DNA of 64,000 nucleotides from Candidatus Sulfotelmatobacter sp. (GTDB taxonomy: Bacteria; Acidobacteriota; Terriglobia; Terriglobales; Acidobacteriaceae), in assembly GCA_017883425.1 (NCBI GenBank), contig JADGNP010000001.1, positions 2,514-66,513 on the forward strand, written 5' to 3'. The notes below the pieces were generated by a model. The model was not told where the DNA came from, did no database searches, and saw only the letters and a list, made by a program, of their open reading frames with translations. Each line of letters starts with the position of its first letter. Position 1 is the stretch's first letter. This document shows positions 48,441 through 55,619 of the stretch, piece after piece. The translations under genes and the position numbers were made by a program.

Positions 48441-49985
48441 TCACTCAGGCAGCAACAGGCGCAAACGCACGTCCTTTTGCGCACGTTGCGCCGCTTCCAG
48501 CTTTCGTGACTCCGCAAACTCGCTCTCTGACTCGGCAGACTTGCCCAGGCGTCGAAGCAGAAGCCCTAGCTGGTAATGCGCTTCCACCGAATCCGGATCG
48601 AGAGAGACTGCGCGCTCGAGGTTCTGTTGGGCGTCCTCGTACTGGTGCACCCTCAGCAGTATGCCACCCAGTTTCACGTAGGACGGCGCATGCTTGGGAT
48701 TGCTCTTGAGTAACTCGCGGAAGACCGGGATCGCACGATCATCGTCGCCAATTGCGTCGTAAGTCAGCCCCAGATAGTAGGAAGCCGCTACCTGATTCGG
48801 TTGAGCCGCAAGGCTCTGCTTGAGCAAAGCTTCCGCTTCGCTGTACTTCCCTTGCAGGTAATATACGGCGCCGGTTGCATACATCAGGACGGCATCATGC
48901 GGGTGCTTCTGGAGCAGTCGCTGGAAAAGCGCTAGAGCGTCCGGCAACTGGCCCTTGGCAACTTTGGCGGAGCCTAAAACGTAGACGTACGAGTCATTGT
49001 CCGGCTCTCGTTCTACAGCCTTTGTCAGCGCAGGCAGCGCATCGTCGACAAGATTTCTCTCTAGACAGACTTTGCCAAATTCGAAGAGAACCTCCGGATC
49101 TTCAGGAGCTAGCTTTTTGGCGGCAACCAGATATGCCAGAGCTTTCTCACTGTTGTCTTGTCGATCGGCAACTTGCGCAAGAGTCTGGTAACACGCGACG
49201 CAGTCGGGAGCCAGCGACAACGCAAGTTGCGAATTCTTCTCCGCCTCGTCGAGAAGCCCTAGAGCCAGAAAAGCATTCCCCAATTTGAGGGCTAGAGGCG
49301 GTGACGGATGAGCACCGAGTCGCGCTGCTTCGTCCTGGGCCACTTTCGTGGCCTCAGTTTTCATCCCGTACACGAGCAGCGTGGTGCCGAAATCCAATGA
49401 CGCTTGATCCTCAGGTTGTGGCAACTTTTGCCAGTGCGCAAACAGGTCCGCTAACTCTTGCTTCTTTCCGAGCCCACCATAGTCGGAGGCAAGGACAACT
49501 ATCGCCTCATCAGATTCCAGTAGCTGAGGCATGATTGGCACAGCCAGATCGAGGGACTGCTGGAAATTGCGCCGGGAAGCCTCCAGTTTGAACAGGTCGA
49601 AGCGAGCATCGAAATTGCTTGGATCGATTTTCAGCACATCGTAAAAGCATTTCGCCGCCAAATCTGGCTTACCGCCGAACGCGTAGGCATTCCCCAACGT
49701 TGTGCGAGCGCCCACTAGCTTTGGATTCAGGGCGAGAGCTTGAACCAGAAACTTGGTACTCTCATCGGTTTTCCCCTGCTGCAACCGAATCGTTCCGAGC
49801 ATGGCCAGCGCTAAGGCGCGAGTCGATGGACTCTGCATGGCTTTACGGGCCTCGGCCTCGGCTTGCACCGTATCGCCGTTGCTCAATAGCTGAGCAGAGG
49901 TCGCAATGTGATTGGTCTGAGCACATGCGGCGACTGCAAGGAAACACAGGACGAGGAACACGCGCCAGCAGTCTCTTGCCCGCAT
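48441..49985 (-). CDS. Secreted TPR protein (TPR-3)
   Basis: The ATG at 49985 gives the signal MRARDCWRVFLVLCFLAVAACAQ; the track start at 50132 adds 49 non-signal residues. The stop lies 7 nt before the propeller-4 ATG. Confidence 0.8.
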   Translation of the reverse strand: MRARDCWRVFLVLCFLAVAACAQTNHIATSAQLLSNGDTVQAEAEARKAMQSPSTRALALAMLGTIRLQQGKTDESTKFLVQALALNPKLVGARTTLGNAYAFGGKPDLAAKCFYDVLKIDPSNFDARFDLFKLEASRRNFQQSLDLAVPIMPQLLESDEAIVVLASDYGGLGKKQELADLFAHWQKLPQPEDQASLDFGTTLLVYGMKTEATKVAQDEAARLGAHPSPPLALKLGNAFLALGLLDEAEKNSQLALSLAPDCVACYQTLAQVADRQDNSEKALAYLVAAKKLAPEDPEVLFEFGKVCLERNLVDDALPALTKAVEREPDNDSYVYVLGSAKVAKGQLPDALALFQRLLQKHPHDAVLMYATGAVYYLQGKYSEAEALLKQSLAAQPNQVAASYYLGLTYDAIGDDDRAIPVFRELLKSNPKHAPSYVKLGGILLRVHQYEDAQQNLERAVSLDPDSVEAHYQLGLLLRRLGKSAESESEFAESRKLEAAQRAQKDVRLRLLLPE

Positions 49986-50188
49986 AGAGTGGGTGCCCGG
50001 GTGGATACGAGGCCCGGTCAGAACTTCGTCTTTTATAGCATTGCCGCTGTACCCGCGCAATGCGTAAACCCGCGAAAATACTGGGGGGATTGCTCTTGTG
50101 ACCCCGCGCTCCACAGGTGTAGATTCATCCACAGGACAATCGGTTCTACTCTTGTCGGTTGCGGCTTTTCGGGGGCAGACGCAGCTTC

Positions 50189-51913
50189 ATGATCCAGGGA
50201 AAAAGTGGGTATTTTGGCACACGCCGTGGCTTCCTGAGACGCATCGGTGCAGTACTAGCCGCTTCTGCTCTTCCCGGTTTGCCCAGGCTTTGGCCAGTAG
50301 CCGTATCACCCCCTGAATTCCCCTTTGAACTCGTACCTCCAGAAGTGAACGGGATAACCTGGACCCACCGCAACGGCCGCTCGCCCGAGATGTACTTGCC
50401 TGAGACGGTTGGAGCGGGTTGCGGATTCATTGATTATGACAACGACGGCTGGATGGACCTCTATCTGGTCAACAGCGGGAAGTGCGATTTCCTGGATCCG
50501 AATCCGCCCCTTCGCAACGCACTCTACCACAACAACCGTGATGGCACCTTCACGGATGTAACCGAGAAAACGGGAGTTCCGGGAAGCGGCTATGGAATGG
50601 GTGTTGCGGTGGGCGACTACGACGGCGACGGCTTCCCCGACCTTCTCGTCACGCAATACAACGGTGTCATCCTCTACCACAACAATGGGAACGGCACGTT
50701 TACTGACGTGACCCGTAAAGCCGGGCTTCCCGCCACTGGATGGGCCTCGAGCGCAGTGTGGTTCGACTACGACAACGATGGCAAGCTTGACCTTTTTATC
50801 TGCCGGTTCGTGGACTTCGACAAGTCCAAGAACAAATTCTGCGGCAACCAGGAGACCGGAGACCGTTACTACTGCATCCCTCGCGTTTACGATCCCATGC
50901 CGAGTTGGCTGTTCCACAACAATGGCGACGGCACCTTCACCGACGTCAGCCAGGAGTCCGGGATTGCGAAGTCATTGGGCAAAGCCTGGGGCGTGGTCGC
51001 CTGCGACATTAACAATGATGGCCGGATGGACCTCTTCGTCGCGAACGATACGGTCGCGAACTTTCTATTTCTCAACCGGGGTAATGGCAAATTCGATGAG
51101 ATCGGACTTCAGGCAAATGTCGGCTACAGCGCCGAAGGCCATGCTCGCTCCGGCATGGGCGTGGACGCCGCGGATTATGACCAGGATGGGTGGGTAGACC
51201 TGTTCGTCACCAACGTGGACCGGGAGATGTATTCGCTGTATCACAACAATCACGATGAGAGTTTCGACGATATGGCCATTCCTAATGGGATCGGGCGAGT
51301 GACCCGGCTGATGAGCGGGTGGGGAGTTAAGTACTTCGACTACGACAACGACGGCAATCTCGACCTGTTCCTTGCCAATGGCCATCCGGACGACAAAATT
51401 GAAGAGCACTCGACGGAAGTGAAGTACTGCGAACCTATGCTTCTCTTTCGCGGCACTGGTAAACGATTCGAAGACATTTCTGGATCCAGCGGCCCAGTCT
51501 TTACAAAGCCCTATGCGTCGCGTGGCATGGCAGTTGGTGATTTCAATAACGATGGAGCCTTGGACATTCTCGTCGCGGTTAACAATGGCGCCCCTCTGTT
51601 GGTTAAGAACAATGCGGGGAGACACAATCATTGGCTGGGCGTGAAACTGGTAGCGAAGCAAGCGAACCCTGATGCTATCGGAGCCGTGATCACTTGGCAG
51701 GCTGGAGACTTGAAACGATCGATCTTCAAGACAGGCGGGGGGAGCTATCTTGCCTCGCACGATCCACGCCTCATTCTCGGCATCGGCGCTCGTCCGAAGA
51801 TCGACTGGGTGGAAATCAAATGGCCTATGCCTAGTGGACGGGTAGAACGATTCGCCGACCTCCCGATCGACAAATACATAACCTTATCGGAAGGCCGCGG
51901 AACAAAGGTTTAA
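50189..51913 (+). CDS. FG-GAP 7-bladed propeller + ASPIC/UnbV protein (CRTAC1-like), Tat signal; paralogue 5, subtype II
   Basis: The ATG at 50189 gives [30 protein letters not shown]. Seven loops from [10 protein letters not shown] to [10 protein letters not shown]. Shares the subtype-II insert [16 protein letters not shown] (compare RYCGERPPNGVRAYCHP in paralogue 2). Confidence 0.85.
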   Translation: MIQGKSGYFGTRRGFLRRIGAVLAASALPGLPRLWPVAVSPPEFPFELVPPEVNGITWTHRNGRSPEMYLPETVGAGCGFIDYDNDGWMDLYLVNSGKCDFLDPNPPLRNALYHNNRDGTFTDVTEKTGVPGSGYGMGVAVGDYDGDGFPDLLVTQYNGVILYHNNGNGTFTDVTRKAGLPATGWASSAVWFDYDNDGKLDLFICRFVDFDKSKNKFCGNQETGDRYYCIPRVYDPMPSWLFHNNGDGTFTDVSQESGIAKSLGKAWGVVACDINNDGRMDLFVANDTVANFLFLNRGNGKFDEIGLQANVGYSAEGHARSGMGVDAADYDQDGWVDLFVTNVDREMYSLYHNNHDESFDDMAIPNGIGRVTRLMSGWGVKYFDYDNDGNLDLFLANGHPDDKIEEHSTEVKYCEPMLLFRGTGKRFEDISGSSGPVFTKPYASRGMAVGDFNNDGALDILVAVNNGAPLLVKNNAGRHNHWLGVKLVAKQANPDAIGAVITWQAGDLKRSIFKTGGGSYLASHDPRLILGIGARPKIDWVEIKWPMPSGRVERFADLPIDKYITLSEGRGTKV

Positions 51914-51965
51914 TTCGAAAAAGAGGCGTTGCTCAGGCGCGAAACACCACCCCGTTCGAGTCTTC

Positions 51966-53576
51966 TTACGCTGCCCACTGAATCACGGTGTAAGAGTGTG
52001 CTGGAACCTCAAACCTTGTGCGCCCGTTTGCCGTTGAAGGTTTGTCGAGAGACTGCGGCTTCACTCGCTCGGGCGCATCGAAGCCGTTTACCGCCTTCAG
52101 ATCGGGTCCTGTCAATACCTGTGATGCCACCACGCGGCTCTGCGGCTGGTCTTCCCACACCACCTCGACAGCATGAGCTTTCGACAGGTCGCGGTTGAGA
52201 ATGAAGAGTGAAGTCTTCCCATCCTCGGTTGTCGCAACCGCATCCACGTACGGCACCGCATCCAGCCCCTTCACATCGTAAGTGGGCGACTCTACCAGCA
52301 GGTTGAGCACGCGCCCATGCGCATATTGCAGCGCCCAAGCGTACGGATAGTAAATGGTCTGGCGGTAGAGCCCGTTTTCGTTGGTCATGATCGGCGCAAT
52401 CACGTTGATCAGCTGTGCCAGACAGGCGACCTTCACACGATCTGCATTTCGCATCAGGGTGTTGAGCATGCCGCCAACCAGCAGAGCGTCCTCGAGGTCG
52501 TAGATTTCTTCGAGGAGATGTGGCGCCTCTTTCCGGTGCCCATCCACTGCGTCTCCGCTGCGTGCGCGATACCAGACATTCCATTCATCGAAGGACAGCC
52601 ACAGTTTCTTGGGCGATCTCGTGTGACCCCGCACCAGGTCGCAAACCGCCAGCGTCTCGGCAATCTGGCGATCCATCGTCAAGTTCATGGCCAGATACTT
52701 TGCGCTGTCCTCGCCCGTTTCCTGATTGTTCCCGAGATAACGATGCAACGAGAGCCCGTCCACGTTCTCGTAACACTGCTCCAGGACTTCGCGGTCCCAC
52801 TCCAGGTAGGTCGGCATAAACGGGCCGCTTGATCCACACGCAATCAACTGCACCGACCGGTCTACATAGCGCATCTGGCGGGCCGTATCCTGGGCCTTCA
52901 TGCCGTATTCTGTCGCGGTCATGTGCCCGATCTGCCACGGTCCGTCCATTTCATTTCCTAGGCACCAGTGCTTCACGTTGTACGGCTCGGCGTATCCGTG
53001 CTTCCGCCGCAAGTCGCTCCACTCCGTTCCTTTGTCCACATTGCAGTACTCCAGGAGGGCGGCTGCTTGCTCCGGAGTTCCGGTACCGAGATTAAGGCCC
53101 ATGAGGGGCAATGTTCCGACGGCCTTGCACCATTGCATGTATTCGTTGGTGCCAAACTGATTCGTGTTCAAGGCGTCCCACGCCTTGTCCAGCACGCGCG
53201 GACGGTCCTGCTTCGGGCCAACGCCGTCGAGCCAGTTGTAGCCAGAAACGAAGTTGCCGCCCGGATATCGAATGATAGGAACACCCAGACCACGCACTTC
53301 CTGCATTACGTCCTTGCGGAAACCGTTCGAGTCGGACAACTTCGATCCGGGATCGTAGATCCCCTCATAGATCGCGCGTCCCAATTGCTCGAGGAAGGAG
53401 CCGAACAAGTTTCGGTCCAGGGGGGAGATGCTACGGCGGCCGTCTAGCAAAATGCGGACGGTTTGATCTGCGGTTGACGATGTCTGCGCCGAGGCAAGGC
53501 GCCCGAAGAGAGTGCTGGAAGACAGAGCTAAAGCGGCCGTAGAAGCCTGTTGCAGAAACTGGCGTCTCGACGACAT
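51966..53576 (-). CDS. GH51 alpha-L-arabinofuranosidase (AbfA-type), Tat signal
   Basis: The ATG at 53576 follows GGAGGA by 8 nt. Leader MSSRRQFLQQASTAALALSS. Motifs IIRYPGGNFVSGYNWLDGVGP and HWCLGNEMDGPWQIGH are classic AbfA. Confidence 0.9.
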   Translation of the reverse strand: MSSRRQFLQQASTAALALSSSTLFGRLASAQTSSTADQTVRILLDGRRSISPLDRNLFGSFLEQLGRAIYEGIYDPGSKLSDSNGFRKDVMQEVRGLGVPIIRYPGGNFVSGYNWLDGVGPKQDRPRVLDKAWDALNTNQFGTNEYMQWCKAVGTLPLMGLNLGTGTPEQAAALLEYCNVDKGTEWSDLRRKHGYAEPYNVKHWCLGNEMDGPWQIGHMTATEYGMKAQDTARQMRYVDRSVQLIACGSSGPFMPTYLEWDREVLEQCYENVDGLSLHRYLGNNQETGEDSAKYLAMNLTMDRQIAETLAVCDLVRGHTRSPKKLWLSFDEWNVWYRARSGDAVDGHRKEAPHLLEEIYDLEDALLVGGMLNTLMRNADRVKVACLAQLINVIAPIMTNENGLYRQTIYYPYAWALQYAHGRVLNLLVESPTYDVKGLDAVPYVDAVATTEDGKTSLFILNRDLSKAHAVEVVWEDQPQSRVVASQVLTGPDLKAVNGFDAPERVKPQSLDKPSTANGRTRFEVPAHSYTVIQWAA

Positions 53577-53634
53577 TGTTTTCATCCTCCGGTTCGCCAG
53601 CCCACACAAAATTGACCAGCGCTAAGAATGCTTA

Positions 53635-53646
53635 GTAAACGATTAC
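53635..53646. promoter_or_regulatory. LacI-type operator candidate GTAAACGATTAC upstream of the second GH51
   Basis: Lies 59 nt upstream of the ATG at 53576. Palindrome with one mismatched pair. Confidence 0.45.
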
Positions 53647-53873
53647 TCCAGGCCGCATCAATATACGACTTGGGGCGCTAATGGGCAAGGGCAAAGCTGC
53701 GGGCAGACGTACACCTGTTTGCCAGGTTTTCCATGGTGTAAGGGATCTCGAATCTGTGAGCAAGCCCCTCGTCGATGTCGTTTGTTCGACTTTACCGGGC
53801 GCTACCGAGTCGTGGTAGCCGTGAACCTCAGCATCGTAACTGGGTCTTCGACTGTTTGCCTGTAATAACGATC

Positions 53874-55028
53874 CTAACGGACCTCTGAACTCGGACCCGT
53901 TGGCTTTCCCCTGCCCGTCAATTCCCGAATCAGTTTGATCTCGGCATCGCGGTAAGGCTTCCCATCCGGGTGAAGCACTTCGTGGAACCACACCGTTGGC
54001 TCATCGAGGATGTAAGGATGCCGCCAGGAATCCCACGGGTAGTACGTTTGCGTCTTGCCGGCAACGAAGCCCCAGTTAATGGCCGCCACTTTGTACTTCT
54101 TTGCGAGGGGCAAGACAGTGTCAAACGTGCTGCCGGCTCCGCGTGCCATAAATTCTGTGCAGATCAGCGGACGATGGAACTTCTGAAGAAATAGCACTTC
54201 TTTTTCGAAGCTCTCCGGCCATCCGTAGTTGTGGAAGCTGATTACATCAGAGTCTTCGAGCTGAATCTGCTGAGTCTTCGTCAACGCCGACCCGTTTTCA
54301 AAATCGATATCCCAAACGCCACTAGTAAGAGGCTGCGACGGATGCGCTTCTCGCGCCCACGCGAACACTTTCGGCAGCAATGCTTCCACTAATTGCTGTT
54401 TGTTGGAAGGCTCGAGTTTGGAATAGCTGCCGTGATTTGTATTTGAGGGCTCATTCCATACGTCCCAGCCGAGCACGCGGCCGTCGTTCGCGAACGATCC
54501 AACTACTCCCAATACATATGCCTTCAGCCGGCCTTCTTGAGCAGGATCGGCGAGCGCTGCGCTGCCCGGTGACTGCACCCATCCTGAGTTGTGCACTCCG
54601 GGGATCGGCGGATGCTGGACTCCGAGTTTGGGGTGCGGGTCCCAGCACGAATCAAACAGTACAAAAAGCGGCTTGATGTGGTGCCGAGAAGAAATCTCCA
54701 GGAATTGATCGATGCGCTTCTTGAAGCCATCAGGATCTTCTTGCCATAGCAGGTCATGGAGGAAGACGCGCATCGTATTCATCCCGAGGCTCTCCGCCCA
54801 ACCCAATTCCTTGTCGATTTGAGCAGCATTGAAGCTCTGCGCCTGCCACATCTCGAGTTCGTTGATTGCGTCTGCTGGAATGTAGTTGCTGCCGACCAGC
54901 CAGGATTGCTGGTCATACCAGGATCTCGCCCTATCTTCGGTCCATCGTGACGCCTGCGCACGCAAGGGGCCTGAAGTTAGCAACGTAAAGGTGATAACCG
55001 CCCAAACTAATGTTCTTTTTACAACCAT
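53874..55028 (-). CDS. Clan GH-A TIM-barrel glycoside hydrolase (GH5-like), Sec-secreted
   Basis: The ATG at 55028 gives the signal MVVKRTLVWAVITFTLLTSGPLRAQA. Acid/base motif GWDVWNEPSN, ISFHNYG, and candidate nucleophile LICTEF. Specificity cannot be read from the sequence. Confidence 0.65.
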   Translation of the reverse strand: MVVKRTLVWAVITFTLLTSGPLRAQASRWTEDRARSWYDQQSWLVGSNYIPADAINELEMWQAQSFNAAQIDKELGWAESLGMNTMRVFLHDLLWQEDPDGFKKRIDQFLEISSRHHIKPLFVLFDSCWDPHPKLGVQHPPIPGVHNSGWVQSPGSAALADPAQEGRLKAYVLGVVGSFANDGRVLGWDVWNEPSNTNHGSYSKLEPSNKQQLVEALLPKVFAWAREAHPSQPLTSGVWDIDFENGSALTKTQQIQLEDSDVISFHNYGWPESFEKEVLFLQKFHRPLICTEFMARGAGSTFDTVLPLAKKYKVAAINWGFVAGKTQTYYPWDSWRHPYILDEPTVWFHEVLHPDGKPYRDAEIKLIRELTGRGKPTGPSSEVR

Positions 55029-55100
55029 CGCATCACCCGACACAGAATATAGTCGAAAAGCTGAAGAACGACGTACACAAAAGAGGAGCGTGTGGCGCCC

Positions 55101-55262
55101 AGTCTCCATGTCGTTCTCAGAACGCAAACGATGTCCGCATCCCGTGAACTTTCTGCAAAGCGTTCGCGCACCCCTCCAGCATTAACTTTTCCGGATACCT
55201 CATTGTTCGTTCAGGTCGTTAAGAGGTTAGAACGCAAAATCGATGAAAGGCTGCGCTCTTCA
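55101..55262 (+). repeat. Copy 2 of the diverged ~165-nt direct repeat (partner at 33521..33686)
   Basis: Same orientation as copy 1. Contains an open 51-codon frame from the ATG at 55131 (MSASRELSAKRSRTPPALTFPDTSLFVQVVKRLERKIDERLRSSTSRIAAS). Copy 1 carries a 1-nt frame disruption in the equivalent stretch. Confidence 0.6.
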
Positions 55263-55619
55263 ACGAGTCGCATAGCGGCAAGTTGATGACTTTCAATCGT
55301 CATTGCTCGTTTTCAAGGGCTTACAGTCGGAGCAAGGGCCTCCAAGTCGGACTCAGGGGCTCTCGTTCGGCAGTTACCTGCACTCCGCTTGGTGCTCCAT
55401 TTTTCGAGATGCGATTCAAGCCACCCCGCGGATCCTGCTACTCCCACAAAACTGGCGCCATCGTCGTTGTCTTCGATCTCTACGTTCATTCGTACAGCAC
55501 GTCTACAGACTTCGCACAGGACTTGGCCGAATCTGAACTGGTGCGATTGGCCATGACCGCCTAACGCTATTCCTTGGTAGCTTCTCTCACGATCCGTGCG
55601 AGCGTCTTCAGATCTCGAA

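Noticed and set aside
51459-51470. Operator-like match GTAAACGATTCG inside the propeller-5 coding region.
   Set aside because: It is intragenic (codons ..GKRFE..), the right half-site is imperfect, and no promoter lies nearby. It is most likely a chance match and was used only as a background example.
17917-51760. Long antisense ORFs nested in the propeller genes: 17917..18594, 18736..19212, 38841..39275, 40772..41410, 46685..47224, 47735..48214, 50306..50917, 51065..51760 (140-230 aa each, with mutually similar VVVVI/AIVVVE-rich sequences).
   Set aside because: They are the reverse-complement shadow of the repeated DYDNDG / NNGDGTF coding motifs in GC-rich genes. The sequences are low-complexity. 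I saw no RBS or independent start context. Each lies entirely inside a sense ORF with strong family motifs. Their mutual similarity only mirrors the paralogy of the sense genes.
35582-51913. Periodic sequence in the TPR and FG-GAP genes, considered as possible DNA tandem repeats or a CRISPR-like array.
   Set aside because: The periodicity is at the protein-motif level (34-aa TPR units, ~60-70-aa propeller blades) with divergent nucleotide sequence. There are no identical direct repeats with unique spacers.
4704-55127. Longer N-terminal extensions offered by the ORF track: 4704, 7747, 34321, 35429, 42644, 48517, 50132, 50159, 53609, 55127.
   Set aside because: In each case an internal ATG gives an immediate signal peptide or the conserved HTH N-terminus, often with a GGAGG-type RBS. 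The extension is non-conserved and sometimes overlaps the neighbouring gene. The shorter models were reported instead.
55124-55135. GCAAACGATGTC upstream of the GH5-like gene, and the related CCAAACGTAGGC at 33547, as further operators.
   Set aside because: Only one half-site matches in each. Both fall inside the 165-nt repeat, so their similarity to each other is explained by the repeat itself rather than by operator function.
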